In this document: positions 1 to 14,394 of the stretch, in pieces
Layout of the letters: the number at the start of each line of letters is the position of its first letter
How positions within the stretch are numbered: position 1 is the first letter of the stretch
From: Camelus dromedarius
Lineage: Eukaryota
Direction: 5' to 3'
Assembly: GCF_036321535.1 (NCBI RefSeq)
Contig: NC_087437.1
Span: 79,920,001-79,984,000, forward strand
Length of the DNA: 64,000 nt
Notes under the pieces: generated by a model
Seen by the model: the letters and a program-made list of their open reading frames with translations, nothing else
What the model was told of the DNA's origin: nothing
Databases searched by the model: none
Position numbers and translations under genes: made by a program

Positions 1-962
1 CTAACAATGTATTGTGGTGGATACTGCAAAGAAATGAATGACCGCTTGCCCTTTGCCTCAATTTGGGACAACACTGAGGTCCGTCCTGGCCCCGGAGCCT
101 GCCATAGGTTGGCAGATGCCTCATTGGTTACTTCAATATGATTGGCTCTCCCCTCTGCCCACTCGTGCAGATATATCTCCTGAGAGCAGCCCCCAGTAAA
201 TCTTCTGCATGCAATTCTCAGTTTCTGAGACTGTTTCCAGGGAAGCCAATCTAAGTCATGAAGTGACTGGGATAAGCCTAGATCTGAGCTAGAGGAAGAA
301 TATAGCTAAAGCCCAAAATTCAGCAAATATTTAGACCGTGACTGTAAGAATCAAATCCTTCTACAGTGTCTCATGGAAAAAACTGCTGTAGTCATCAGTA
401 TAGCTATCACTGAGAATAGAAAAGGCACTTCCTCCCTTCTAGTGTTAGAGCTCGTTTTACCAAGCACCCCACAGAATGACTGCAGCCTAGCAGAACATGT
501 GTGCGACTCCGTCAGGGACTAGGTGGGGAGACATCTGAATTGTGCCAGCTAGCGCTGTCTCCCAAACCATGGCTCCTGCTTTCTGGCCTCCGTTCTCCCT
601 TCTTCCAGGGATGTGACTGCCCCTGCCTGCTGCAATGGGTTGGTTCCATGGAACCAAATTCGAGCATGGGTTCCTACCTGAGGCAGTCAGCTCATTAGGA
701 CTCTGAGGAGTGCAGCAAGACAGTCTTTAAAAATAGCTGATCAAAAGCAATCACTGAATTAAAAAGGCCAGAAATAGGTTTTAAGTTTGAGCTGCAGAGG
801 CAAGAATATTGATAGGAGTGGGCTGGGGCAAAGATAACAGTCCAGCAACAGATGAAGAGAATTCTGGGCACCTCCACAAAAAAGGTTTGGGCTTTTGAGA
901 CTCGCCTGCAAGTGTGTCGATGAGGGTGGATAAGGCAAAAAAATCAAAAGGTTATTTCCAGT

Positions 963-1061
963 GGGTGGGGAATAGCTCATGGTAGAGCACATGTTTAGCA
1001 TGCACGAGGTCCTGGGTTCAATCCCCAGTTCCTCTGTTAAAAATAAATAAATAAATTTTTA
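963..1061 (+). mobile_element. tRNA-derived SINE (vic-1-like, camelid)
   Basis: A-box ATAGCTCATGG, B-box GGGTTCAATCCC, (AAAT)n tail and an imperfect TSD AAAAG(g/a)TT(a/g)TTTCCA. Confidence 0.85.
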
Positions 1062-2340
1062 AAAAGATTGTTTCCATTATCATAATTTCTCTTCTCAGTG
1101 ATTCCCACGGTAAGGATCATTAGTAAGCAGATGATTGCTTTCTATCAGGAGCCAGGGAAGCTTGGAGAAGCTACAGACAACAGTCTTCAGCACAAGCGAC
1201 TGCAGTCAGCTAGAATGGGTGAGCAAACCAAAGATTGGAAGAGGCAGAATGAGCGAGGTAGGCACAGAGCCTTTAAATCTACGACAATGTAATCAGCTTC
1301 AGGAAAGAATATCAGCAAAATATGCATATGAGGTAACTGGATATCTGAAATTACATTTAAATGGATTAAGTCTGCTAAAAATGATCAATAGTAATTTTAA
1401 GGCTTCTTTGTAAGATCAACCTCATACAACTCTTAGAGGTTTTTCTCCTACACAGAACAGTATGAAATAAAATCAAAACAGGGAAAAGATAACTGTACTT
1501 AATGATTGAAAAAACCCTAAATGACTAATCAATTTTCTTTGGAAAAATATGTTTGAATACCACAGCTTAAAAGCTTACATTAGTTTCTATTCCAACGCTT
1601 GAAAGTTAGCAACAGAATAATGCAATTTTCTTTGCAATAATGATAGTCTTACTGCACCTACTTAATATAAACAAAAGATAAAAACTGGTCAATAAGACAA
1701 TCTGTTTATTTAACTCCCAATCTCCCAGGTAGATTCTAGCTAAATAAAAAAGGTAATCTAAGGTTAGTCTTTCATGGAAATGCTCTTTTAATGAAAAATA
1801 ACCCTATTTTAACTAATACTCATTTTAAAACAGATTCAGAATTAAGAATCCTCTTTAAATTCAGGCTAATAAATTTCATGGGATTCAGAGTACTTGTAGT
1901 CCAAATAGGTTCTTACCAAAGGCTTTGCTATTACAGCCATCCAGATTTAGTGGAGCTGACCTCACAAACAATGGAGATTTGGAAACCCTAACAGAGTTAC
2001 TCACAAAGCAGTCTTAATGAACTGCAACTAACTGAAATAAACATTTTGTAAGGTGGCTTCTGCCCAATTTAACCACATCCATGGAGGTAATACCTTTGGG
2101 ATGGGGAGATCTTGAAATCTTCTTCCATTTTAGGAACTCTCCATTATCTCCTAGGTGTTTTAACCTCATAATAATCCAGATGGGTGACTGTGTTTTTCCC
2201 CAGCCTCTCAATGAGGAATAGCATTTGTGTTCTGCTCTTTTGGGAGTCCCCAGGCAAGTCTAAGGCAGGAATACACATGGTGCCTCCCATGTCCTGCTTC
2301 CCCCATATTCACTCATTCTCTTTATGGAGGCAGGGAGGGG

Positions 2341-2824
2341 TGTGGGAGCCTGAATTCTAAGTTGGCTCCCCAGATTTCCACCCCATCGTGCACATGTCCT
2401 GTATAATTCTTCCCACTTCTGCGTGAGTGAGACCTGTGAATATGATGGGATACTTTCTTTCCTGAACAAGTAGTGTGATATGACAAATGTGATAGGATAG
2501 TCAATCCTGCTGGACTTGAAGAAGCAAGGTGGCATGTCGTGGAGAAGACCACATGGCAGGGAACAGTGAATGGCCTCTAAGCTAAGGACCTCAGTCCTAT
2601 AATAGCAAGGAACTGAATTCTAACAGTACACGAATTTGGAAGAGAACCTCAAGCTCCAGTAAGAAAATCTCAAGCCCAGCTGATACCCTGATTTTAACTT
2701 TGTGAGACCCTGAGCAAGGGACCCAACTCAGACTCCTGATTCACAACAGGACGTAGTAAGTGGGTGTTGTTTTAAGTTGCTACCTTTGTGTTAACTGGCT
2801 ACACAGCAATAGCAAACTAATACA
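2341..2824 (+). mobile_element. MaLR solo LTR (MLT1E/F-like)
   Basis: TGTGG... start and the typical MLT1 3' end TTGTTTTAAG...CAGCAATAGCAAACTAATACA. Confidence 0.7.
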
Positions 2825-3513
2825 AAAGAGGAGGGGAGGGGAAGGAATGGCTGTGATCTTGAATAGTATTAACGACTCCTCTGTGTTGTGTATATAAAGT
2901 ATTTGGACATTCTCAAAGCTGCCTTTGCATAGGCCCTCATAGCAAAGACGACGACAGTACTGTGTAGTGACGAAGAACATGGGTCCTGGAGTCAAGCCAT
3001 TAAATCTGATTTCCCATTCTGCCACTTAATCATTGTGCCTCGGCTTCCTCACTTATAAAAGAGAGAACAGAACAGTTCCCAGGATTGCTGTAGCTGTTAA
3101 ATGAGCTAGTCTATACAAAGAGCCAAGTTGGGGGCAGAGAAACCACCTAACAAAGTTTAGCTGCTACTGTTTCTCAGGTGCCAGCCGTAATGTGAGGACT
3201 CTATCCCCACTTCCAGCATAACAGAGTTAGGAGACTCATGTTGCAGTAACAGAAACTCAAACACACTTGCTTAAATGGAAAAAATATTTTCTTTTTGCCT
3301 TGTTATAGAAAGTTCTAGTAAAGAGGGTGGTTTCAGATACTGACTGGCTGAGGCACAATGTCAGGGTGTAGCTCTCTGCACCTGCTGGGATCCTTTCTAG
3401 GCTCTGTGTCGGCTTTAACCATTTTCTGATGCCCCTAGCAGTAGTTAGTGGTGCAATGGCTTTAGTTGACCCAAATTTCAAATCCTTATACCATGTTTGG
3501 TCTCCAGGTAAGT

Positions 3514-3605
3514 GGAAGGAAGGAAGGAAGGAAGGAAGGAAGGAAGGAAGGAAGGAAGGAAGGAAGGAAGGAAGGAAGGAAGGAAGGAAGGAAGGAAGGA
3601 AGGAA
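3514..3605 (+). repeat. (GGAA)23 microsatellite
   Basis: Perfect tetranucleotide array. Confidence 0.97.
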
Positions 3606-3867
3606 AAAGAAGGAAAAGGAAAGGAAAGGAGGGAAGAAAACTTTTTTCCAAGCACTTTAGTAAATGCTTCCTAGTATCCCAACAGATTTGACTGAAATAT
3701 ACATACACCCAGAACCAAGCAGAGGGGCCAAGAAGATGGGGGAGGATTCTCTGACTGAACCTCTCATAGTCCTCCTCTGGAATTGAGAGTTAGTCAAGTC
3801 ACTTCTGTTAAAAATTTATACTTGAAAATTGAGTATGATGGTTTCTCAAAAGAAAATCAAAGCAGCT

Positions 3868-4302
3868 TGTTATGGGTTGAGAACTGTCTCCCAAAAAAGA
3901 TATGTTGAAGCTCTACCCTCCAGTACCTGTGAATGACCTTAGATGGAAACAGGCTCTTTGTAGATGTACTTAGCTAAGATGAGGTCATCAGGACAGACCC
4001 TAATCCAAAATGACTTTATAAGAATGTCTTTATAAGAAGAGGAATTTTGGCCAGGTGAGGACAGAGGTGGAGATTGCAGTGATGCATCTACAAACCAAGG
4101 AACCCCAAGGCCCGCCAGCAAATACTGGGAACTAGAAGAGGTAATAAGGGATTCTCTTCTGCAGGTTTCAAAAGAAACATTAACCTGCTGACACTTTAAT
4201 TTCAGACTTCTAGTCTCCAGAACTGTAAGACAATAAAGTCCTGTGATTTTAAGCCATTCAGTTGGTGGAACTTTGTTAATGCAGCCCTCAGAAACCAATA
4301 CA
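3868..4302 (+). mobile_element. MaLR solo LTR (MLT1B/C-like)
   Basis: TGTTATGGGTTGA... start, CCTAATCCAA, CCAGAACTGTAAGACAATAAA and the end GCAGCCCTCAGAAACCAATACA. Confidence 0.8.
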
Positions 4303-4842
4303 TCACTGTTGGTGACGATAGAAAGAAGATGCTAGGGGAGCAACAGAAAATGTCCCTTATAATCTTCCAAAGAAGCAATGAGGGTGCTTGGAAAGTAAAA
4401 TCATCCAGGAGACACTGTATCATTTGTGTAATTTCACAACTAGTTTGTCCTCTACCTGCCACTCGTTTGTAACCTCTCTTGAGCTCAGGGTCATTGGAAA
4501 CTCGGTAAATAATTTGGCTTCCCTCTTTCTTTAAGTGACTTTCAAGAAAATTAAAGCCAAGTTTCCAACAAAGAAATATGCAAGTGTACAAAGTGGAATG
4601 AGAAATAGCTCCTCAGCACCAGGTTAAGTGGCCACAGGGTCTTAAATAATTTGTTTTGGAAACCACTGCACGTATCACTACTGTCTCAGCAAGCAGTATA
4701 AACCACCAGTATCACAGAGAACGTTAACCTGAAGTGGTTAATGCATATAAATCCCAATTCTGCTCCCTTTCAACACAAAATAAGTGAGCATGTGGAGAAA
4801 AGAATAAGGTCACACAGCCAGTAGGTTAAAGTTATCATCTAT

Positions 4843-4940
4843 GCTAGTTTGCTCAACACTGTCCCGGTTTTAGCATTGAAAGTCCTGTGTTTCAGGACAT
4901 CTCTCCATCCCAAAGAAATCCGGCTGGTTGATCACCTTAT
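4843..4940. mobile_element. hAT-Blackjack MITE remnant (MER81-like)
   Basis: CTGTCCCGGTTTTAGCATTGAAAGTCC...GTTGATCACCTTA. Confidence 0.55.
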
Positions 4941-5171
4941 ACAGAGATTTGAATACAGGAAGTCTAATGTAGAGATGGTGTTCTTAAACCACACCAGCCC
5001 ATACCTTCCATTTCAATCACTTTCATTTGGGTACGGAGCATGACATGGTTTGAATCCCCCATGACTGGTCCAAAGCCTGTGCTTTGTTATCCTATAGCAC
5101 AATTCATCTCTGACCCTACAACCTAGACATCTGACAGAAGCTTCACTTTGCATCCAAAGAATGGAAGCTAC

Positions 5172-5683
5172 TGTTGGGGCTCAGGAAGGGATGGCATATT
5201 GCATATTTTGAATTACAGTTCCTTAAGAAATGGCCAACAAAAGAAGAACACTCTGACCTGTCTTCCTTTCTGTCTTCCTGAAAGCAGGAAATAAATCTCT
5301 CATGTGAAAGGTGCACTCCCTGCATCTGGAAGGTAGAGAGACACTGTTATGGCCGAAGACAGGAAAGCCTGTGTAAACAAATCCTATTCCTTCTTCAGTT
5401 TCCTCCCCCAAGGCCAAACTCTGTCTAGATTCTTCACTAACTGAGCACCCAAAACCTAAGTTTATTTTAGTCCTGTCAATTCATCACCAATTTATTGTTT
5501 CTTTGTCTAAAAGTATAAAAGCTGCCTGCTTTGGCCACTTCTTAGGTCCTATTTTTAGGAGACCTCCATGTGCATGATTTAAAATTCATTTCTTTTTCCT
5601 CCTATTAATCTGTCTTATGCCAATTTTGTTAGCCCGGCCACAAGAACTCAAGAGAGGAGAGGGGGAAATTGCCCCTCCCAACA
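5172..5683 (+). mobile_element. ERV1-type solo LTR (MER34/MER39-group-like)
   Basis: 7-bp inverted termini TGTTGGG...CCCAACA and an internal TATAAAA near 5514. Confidence 0.7.
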
Positions 5684-7958
5684 CTGTCCTTTCTTTGCCT
5701 TCCAAGAGTCTGACAGCAGGATGCCCCCACTCCCAGCCCTCTGTCACAGCCACCTCTCACAGGAGGAGGAAATCTTCATTTGCTCAGAGGGTCCCAAGGA
5801 ATAACGACAAAGTTCACATTTCCCATGGGCTCCTTCCCTGAAATAAGACCCAGGACTCACTGAAGTCTCAGAGTGAAGAGTCAGAAGGGTCAGGGTAGCT
5901 AAGTCACCCAGCCTCTGACACTGACTCACCCTCAGCACTTTATTTCAGATCAGGATAACCTACAAGGTCTGAATGCTCAGGTACACTATGGATTTCTTCT
6001 AAAAAAAGACCTTCTGATTCTATTGATGTCCATTTTCTGATGGCTATTGCTCTTGTTAAAAGTCCTATGCCACAACTAAAGCCATTTTTAAGTGCATTAC
6101 CAGTCATCTTGGAAGAATAATTTCAGGCATTCTCTTACATTTCCTTAAGCTTCCTGAACTAAAAGCAATTTACTTTTTGGAGGTGCATCAGAAAGTCCAC
6201 TAAAGGCTGAATTTCCTCTTTTCTAATTCAGTCCCTTGAATGCTCTTCTCCTCACCTTTCCTCTCCCACAGAAGTTTCCCTTATCCCTCGGATTCAGACC
6301 CAAATTCTGTCTCCCCCAGAAATCTTCCCAATTTTCTTTATACACAAATAATGAAAAAATGTTTAAATTGTAACATTTTACTGTGTGTCAAACACTGTGC
6401 CAGATAGATAGATAGACAGATAGGCACACAATCTTAGATTAAATATATATAATCTTAATCTTCACAACTACCCTATGAAGCACATAGCATTCTGATTATC
6501 TTAATTCACAGATCAGAAAATTCACTTACCAAGAAATTAAGTAGTTTGCCCAATGTCACACAGCTAGACAGAGTCAAGGTTCAAACCCAGACCTGCTAAC
6601 GTGAAACTCTGTGTTCCTAAATTGTAATTATCTCACGATAATTCCCCACACATTCACTTCCAGAATCACCCATCAGGTACACAGCTCAGCTGTGGCTTAA
6701 CCCATGTTCCTGGCTATTGTCCGGTGACTTTTCATGGGTGTGTCGTGTTTATCCCATGTATATCTGGAACATGCAGGATTACAGGAACTCTACTCTGTGT
6801 CTCTTGGAATCTCCAGCACTTAGCACAGTGCTTTTCTCAGTATTAATCTTGGTCTTCATCCAGATCTAACATTATGATAGGGCTTGTCTTGGAAGGAATG
6901 CAAGTATTGGTTGACTGTATACCACAACTGAGTATTTGATTCAGAAGTGCACAACATTTTATTCACGTATGTTACAAGTATTGAAATATGTGAAAACTGA
7001 TGAGATGAGATATATTCCATTCATCCATTATATGTTCAGCATTATTTACCAAACAAGTATTTATCTACATTTTGTACTTAAAAGATACTTCTTTAAAAGC
7101 ACTGAATAGATGCAAAGATGAATGAGATGCAGATTTTTGCCTTAAAGAATTTTCAATTAAGCAAGGCAGGTATGATTGGGAAGTAAAATAAATGAAGATG
7201 AATTATGTAAGAGAGACAGGTTTTCCTCTCAGTTTGACCCTCAAGGTGGGTGGAATTTGGACAAGAGGAAATGGGCAAAGGCAGTCCCAGCAGAGAGAAA
7301 GAACTGCAGGAGCAAGATGCAGAGGCAGCAAAGGACAGACTATATGCAGAGCACAGTGGTTCCCAGTCTACGTGAAGTATTGAGAGCAGAAGCAAGTGAG
7401 GCTAAAAAGGTAGGTTACATCAGATGGCCTCATTAGGAGGCTAAGACATCTAAATATCCTGAGTGTTTAACAAAAGGCATGATAGCAAGAGATTTGCTTC
7501 CAGAAAAATTAATGCTTCGGCAATGTGAAGCATGGATGAAAAGAAAAAGAAATGCGAAGGAGAAACAATCAGGGAAATGGGCATTGAATTACAGTGAAGA
7601 TTATCAGTATTTTGTGCCTATCAATCCTCATTCACAAACTAAAGATATTTGCTATCTAAATTTCAAGTAGAATTCATGAAATACTGACTCTAAGATATTT
7701 TGTGATCTTTTGAAGAAATGTATGTAATAGATATGTCTCTTAAATTACCAATGCTAGAAACTACCGGTCAGACCTGGAGATATTGAATCTCAGCTGGTAC
7801 CATCGCGTCCTCGTTCTCATCTCCATAGGTCTTTGCTTATATGCCTATTAAACAATTTATCACAGGCTGTCTTTCATTTATAATTATTTGCATATATAAT
7901 GCCCATTATTTTGTCAGCACCTACAGGAGAAGAAATATAGCACAGAGGATACTGTCTG

Positions 7959-8365
7959 TGAAGGAATGGGGGGGCAAACTAACTGGCTTCTAACCAACCC
8001 CCACCAACAGCAGCTTTAACACAGAGGCTGTGCTCCAGGAAGCAGGTAATGGGCCAGTAATCTCAGAAGAATACCCAGACCCTCCAGGGCTCCTCCCTAA
8101 AGCCAGGATTCCTCGAGGTTAAGAGGAATGCAGCACCCTGTAAAATGCCCTGATTGTTATCACCGTTTCCATTCTATCCAGTTTTTCCATAAAACCTCAA
8201 GCCCCCAACCCCAAGGCAGAGTCACCATCTCTAAGATATAAGCCTGCAGTGACTCCCCTTGGCCTGGCAAAGCAGGAAAGCTGTTCTTTTCTGATTTTCT
8301 CAAAATTCTGCCTCCGTGTCTCAACCCATTTTTCAGGGTACAGAGGCCGTTTTTTTGCTGCAACA
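7959..8365 (+). mobile_element. ERV1-type solo LTR
   Basis: TG...CAACA ends, a near-TSD TCTG/TCTA, CCATAAAA and the U5-like CCTTGGCCTGGCAAAGCAGGAAAGCTGTTCTTTT. Confidence 0.6.
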
Positions 8366-10599
8366 TCTAGAAAAAACATTGGTAGTGGATACATGTTCAT
8401 TAAATTAAATTAAATCAGAAGTCACTTCTAATTTTTGTTGATGCATTTAGTTTTTTATCATCCACTGATGTCTGAACAACCACTGAGTACCTACTATGTA
8501 AAGACACTGAAGTTAGGCAGCAATATGGAAATTTAAAACATTCACAGTGAAGCGCAAGTAAATCATTAACTATAATATAGTCTTACAAGTGTTGTGATGA
8601 AGATGATCACAATTAGGAAGCCTCCTAATCCAACTGGAGGTGCACTGAAAAGCTTCCCAGAAACTGAAACTTCTACAATGAGTAGAAACAACCCAGGAAG
8701 GCAGGGTATCAAAAGCCATTGTGTAGAGTCCTGTAAGTTTTCTACATTTCCAAGTACTCTGTAACTTTAAATTAAAGACAATCTTTGACCTTATTTACTT
8801 AACTTCCTTATCTTTGAAAGAAAAAAGCTATTGAAGCCATACCTTTTATTTTAATATTCTTCGGGCTTTGGAGGCAGAGAGAACCTGGGTTTGATTCGCA
8901 CCTCTTCTGCTTAGTAACTATTTGAGACCGAATTTTCTCACCTGCAAAATAGATACACTGTGTAAATGACTTTCAGGTTTGTTGGGAGAATTACAGGAGA
9001 TGCTTACATAAGATATCTATCAAAGTTCATTGTTCTTGCCAAGCCAACTTCACCCCCCACCTTGCATGACTCCTCCCATCACTTCTTGGTCTCCCTGCAC
9101 CCAGTCCCACACTCCTTCTTTTGCCACCATTCCTTGAGAGAGTATCTTCCAGGTGTGATTTCTGGAGTGGACAGGGTAGCCAGTGGCAATTAGAAAAATA
9201 AGAGGGAGAGAAACCCCTGTCCTCTGATGTGATATTCAAGCTACGTGTTCAAACATCCTTTAATCACGTCATTCCATACTAAGAGACCCTCATGATCTCC
9301 CTGGTTATTATACTTTATTCCTATTCTTAACCATCATGCTTTAAATAATGTAGCCTCCCTCTTTCCATCTCAAATTTTTGCCCATGCTTCCTATTAAGGA
9401 AACTTCGCTCCACTTACACTATTCCACAAATCCGCAGGCCCAGCCCCACTTTGATGTTTTCAATCGCCTACACCTAGAACGTCTTCTCTAGTCACCTTTA
9501 TTTATCACTGCTCTATCCATCTTTTGGCAACAAATTCAATTTTGCGTCTATCTCATTATGCATCTTTTCCATTTCACCAGGTGTCACATACGCCTTCTCT
9601 AAACTCCTATTCTACCATAGTTAGCACCATATGACTTAGTATTATTATTGACCACTGGTTTGTTTCAAATGCTACTTTTTTCTCTTTCACTCCTTAACAT
9701 AAAGAAACCGAAATTTGCCCCTGAGACAACCAATTTAATGTCCTAATTTACAAATTCAGTCATCAAATCTGGGCAAGCTAATTTTATTCATCCATTAAAA
9801 TTGACACTATTAAAAAAATGGCTGCTTTCTTTTTGTGGCTTTCTTCTTCTCTGCTAGGCATGGTTTATCGCCTTTCCTCTGTCTCTGTTACAGATTTCTT
9901 GTGCTTTGTTTACCCTGTTACTGTTGCTAGTTTACATTGGCTCTCTTGCCTCCTTCCGCACGATCTCTCTGGGGATCTCCCTACTCTAGAAGTTTGTGTA
10001 TGCTATCCAAATCGCTTCTCTGTGCTTCAAGTCTCTGTTCCCAGATCACATGCAGGTATCAGACACTCAACCTGTGCCCACGAGAATCTCTTCCTCTGTT
10101 TCCTACTGTGGGTGGTGGCACCATCATCAACCTCGTCATTCAGACCAGAGACCAGGGCATCAGCCTTGCCTCTTCCCAACCTTTCACCAACCACAAGAAA
10201 TGCATCACCAAGGCTTGTTAAGTTTACTTAGGCGCTGTTCTCTGAGTTATTTTCCCAGTTCTTATCTCTACTGCTACTACTTGTATTGCATCAATGATCT
10301 CTCTGAAATGAAAATCAGACCTTCATAACCTATTTTAGAACTCTTCCAATTTTTTCTCATTGCCAAAAAGATGACCTCCCAGTTCCTTGGGCCCCCAGCT
10401 TTCTAGACTATCTAGGTACACTCACACATGCCAGATATTTACAGCCCTGCCTGCGCCGTGCACCTCACTTGTCCAGGCTGTTCCCTCGGATTGGAATCTC
10501 TTCCTCCTATTCATTCTAAGGGATTCTATTTAAACATCTTCCTTTCTGCACTTTCTCAGACCCCAGTAATAAACAGAGTTGGTCATTTTACCACTCTGC

Positions 10600-10752
10600 T
10601 TCTCTCCTAGAGCCTGCAGAAAGAAGCATAGCCTGCCAACAGGTGAGACTCCTCCTGAATTTCTGAACAATAGAACTGTAAGATAACACATCTGTGTTAT
10701 TTTAAGCCAAAAAGTTTGTGATAATTTGTCATGGCAACGTAGAAAAACTAAC
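10600..10752 (+). mobile_element. MLT1 LTR 3' fragment
   Basis: TTCTCTCCTAGAGCCTGCAGAAAG...AGAACTGTAAGATAACACATCTGTGTTATTTTAAGCCA. Confidence 0.65.
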
Positions 10753-12127
10753 CTGGTATATATCCAATAAATACCTACTTTTGTACATAAAAGTTTCAAT
10801 TCAGTCTGGTGAGAGCTGCATGGGAGACTGAAAACATATGTGGTAAGCCTCCCATCTTAAGGCGGGGAAATTTCTCATTCAACAAGGACTATTTGTTATC
10901 AAGTATAATACATGTTTAGGGGGAAAGGCAGCATTGCTTCCCTCAGCAGGCAATTTCAGTGTTTTATCACCATATGATCAAGCACCTCCCAGGTCCAACA
11001 GAGCTCTCACTTGCCACTAATTTAAGATTATTTTCTTACGACTATTTCCTTGTGGACAGAGTATAACTGGCCAACATCTCACTCCTAAATGTCCTACAAA
11101 TTCTCAAAGACAGGAATCAAGTTTGCCCTTAGAATTCTTCTCACGAGAGTTTAACTTTTTCTCAAATGCCTTTTCAATTTCTATAATTATTTTTATTTCC
11201 CTTCTCTGGATTCCTTTTTAAAAGATTAATTTGAGATGCAATACATTTGGCCAGTGCCAAGGTTAGTCTAGAATTAGAAAAAAGATTTCTCACTTTCAAG
11301 CTTCTTGTAATGACAAAACCACGCAACTTTAACAACTAATATGTAACATGGAATTTCTCAGATTAGGTAAATGTTTGTTCAGCAATAATTCTTCTTAGCT
11401 GCTTTCAATCTATTTGAACCAGAGCCTATAAAAATTTGCATTGTTTTGTAAAGTCTTTGTCCAGGGGAATTGAAAGGGAGAGAGAAAAAAATCAGTGAGA
11501 GAAAAAAATGAGAAAATGCATTTAAGATGAAAAGACTTAGTTTTATAAAAATATATTTTTCCTAGAAATGTCTATAAAGATGTTTCTCTACCAGTATAAG
11601 GCCCTGCCTTCCTCAATCAGGGATTTTGCTTCTCTGCTTCCTTTTAAATCTCAGCCAGCATTTCAAAAAATCAATATGGTTTAGTAATAATTCATAATCC
11701 TCTCCATGCTGCCTTTGTTAGCCAGCTGGAGCAGTCATATTTTGCTAGCTGGGTTTTTTACAAAAAAGTATTCAACAACAAACAGGAATCACAAATCACA
11801 GGTGCAGAGTTCTCAGAAGCCTGTTTGTTCTGCTGCACGGTGTCCCCACGTAAGTCAGGCATGTCCACTAATTTTGATATAAGGAAAATTGGAGTCTTCC
11901 CTGGGAAAAGCAATTGGACACTTGCCTAACGTTCTTTTGTAAGTATAGAACAGCCGTGGCTCTTCAAGAACCGTGCTGTCTTCATTGATGTAAACCTACG
12001 GAGGCCAATGTGTGGTCTTGTCGCCTAGACCAAAGAGAGTCCCTTCAATCCATGAGCTTGTTAAGTGTTTGTTTGTTTGTTTGTTTATAGAATGAATAAG
12101 CAAAATACTTTTTAGAATTGTGTATTT

Positions 12128-12515
12128 GTGACAGTCAATTCTGTAAGTCGACTTGGCTAGGCTCTAATACTCAGTTACTTAATCAGCACTAATCTAGGTG
12201 TCATGAATGTATTTTGTAGACATGATTAACATCTCTAATAAGTTAACTCTAAGTAAAGGAGACCACCCTGCATCATGCAATCAGATGAGAGTAGACCTCA
12301 TGCAATCAGATGAGAGTCTTTAAGAGCAAAACTGAGGCTCCTTGAAGAAGGAGAAATTCTGCCTCAACACTGCAGCATCAGCCTTCTCCCCAAAGAGTTT
12401 CCAGCCTGCTGGCCTCCTCCTTCCCCCAGATTTCAGACTTGCCAGCCCCCATAATAATGTAAGTTATTCATGGCCTAACTACTGGTTCAGTTTCCCTGGA
12501 GCACTCTAAATGATG
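12128..12515 (+). mobile_element. ERVL solo LTR (MLT2D-like)
   Basis: GACTTGGCTAGGCT, AAGTAAAGGAGA, GCAAAACTGAGG...GAAATTCTGCCTC and ACTGGTTCAGTTTCCCTGGAG. Confidence 0.7.
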
Positions 12516-14216
12516 TAGTACTGGTTTTCAAAGTATGTAGATACTATTGAGATTTAAACACATAAATTGACTTCAAATATATTTCTATGTAGTAATATTT
12601 GTCACTATGTATTTTCACAATTGCTCAATAACTAGTAAAATAAAAATTATACCTAAGAAAATCTGCAAAAAGTTTTTGACATTAATCAAGTGTTCTTAAG
12701 CTAAGAAAACTTGGGAAAATTTGGGAAGTTTAAGATGACTACTCAGTCTGGAAACTAGATTTTGCCAACTCTATAGAAGAACAGACTTTATGCATGACTT
12801 TGACTATGAAAGGTGGAGAAACAGATACCCTGAGGCTCAGAGTGTAAAATCACAGGCTGCTTTCAGGCAACTGCTGGGCGGAAGGTTATATGATCTACCT
12901 TCAGAAACCTTGCCTTACGCCAGCCCTTATGGTACTGCAACTGTCTGCACCCCTTCAGAGGCTCCATGAGGGTAAAGCTTACAACGCCCACTCATAACAG
13001 GCAAAGCAATAACTACCACACCTTGAGCACATCCCATGTACTTTGCCTCTTTATATAAAGTATCCCATGAATATAGGTTATTCTCAAAATCCTATAAAAT
13101 AGGAGTTACTTGAAACACGTGTTTACATGTGAAAAAACTGGACCTTGGAGAATTAATTGCCCAAAGTGTCTTTAGATTTATGCTGATTACCTAGCACTCA
13201 TTAGAGTACTTTGTACATTGCAGGTGCTCACTAAATATTTGGTGAATGAAGTAATACAGATGTTCCAAAGAGAACTAAATGCAAATCATTTATTTAACAG
13301 ATGAGGAAACTGAGGCCAAGAAAGACTAAGTGACTCATCCACAAAGCACTGCAGATTAATGGCACCAGAAGCCAGTTCTCTTGTCTGTTCGGCCAGGATA
13401 TCACAGAAGTGATGTTTATGTATCTAATAGCTGTAGCTTCCTAGGCCCTTTGCAGGGTGAAAATATCCCTGTACCAGCTAACCAAGGGTCATGTTTGGGC
13501 TTTGAGTAGGAAAATTTAGCTACTAATCCTTCCCTCTCAGCTCCCCAGACTGTCCCTGCCCAGGACCAATGCAGTCTTCAAGAAAAGCAGATGACTGATG
13601 ATTTCAGTCTTCTCTTGATGAAAAATGACAAACCAAAAAACCCTCTCCTAACCCATCCAGCTAGTAAGTTATTCATCTGAGTTTAGAAATCTTGCTTAGA
13701 TGTGCAAGGATGTGTAATATTTGTGTAGGACATGTATAACTTTGCCCAAAGAACCTGAGAGGACCCCCAAAGTTGTGAATGTTCTCCAGCCAATGGTTCT
13801 AAGACAGGATGACACAGCTATCTCTTAGGCTTCCAAATTCCCATCAGAGACTATTTTTAGAAGTATTACCTGGGAAAGCTAATTTTGGGGGTGAAAGAAA
13901 CTTTTTAAAAAATTAAAAAGAGAAAGGCTGCAAGTTATAAATTTCAGAGGTGAATTAAAGATATGTAGTAGTGATAGCACTGAACTGAATACATAGATTT
14001 GAATCCAAAACCAAACATCTTAAGTGTATATGTTGTAAAGAGTGTAACAGAATGAGAACCTCAAATTCACAGTCAAAAAAACCTGGAGTTGAGGGGGAGA
14101 AAAAGCATAAGATTCCAAACTCTCAGAAATCCTAGAATTAACAACTCTCCTGGCCACTGGAACTCCCAAATGTTCCCAAGGATGAATTATCTATTTGTGT
14201 GTCTTCGATCTCTTAG

Positions 14217-14279
14217 CTGTGACCTGGATGGAGACATTGGAGGAGCCCAACAATCGATGAGCAATTATCTGCAATAAAG
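14217..14279 (+). other. Candidate 63-nt internal exon, likely non-coding
   Basis: Pyrimidine-rich ...TCTCTTAG acceptor and AAG|GTAAGT donor. All three frames contain stops. Confidence 0.3.
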
Positions 14280-14389
14280 GTAAGTAAGCTTTACTTTTCC
14301 AAGATTGGAAAGGAAGGAGCTGTAAGCTGCTTCCCTTCCAAGCTCTGATTCTTGGCCTGTAGAGATCATCTTTGTCCATATGTAGAAAT

Positions 14390-14394
14390 GTGAG
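14390..14394. repeat. Left target-site duplication GTGAG (partner at 20790-20794)
   Basis: Identical 5-mers abut both outer LTR ends. 5-bp TSDs are typical of class III ERVs. Confidence 0.9.

Noticed and set aside
963..1030. SINE heads as tRNA-Ala genes
   Set aside because: They have A-rich tails, TSDs and degenerate stems, and four dispersed copies occur in the window.
3257..3708. ORFs with (KEGR)n or (FLPS)n repeats
   Set aside because: Translation artefacts of the GGAA microsatellite.
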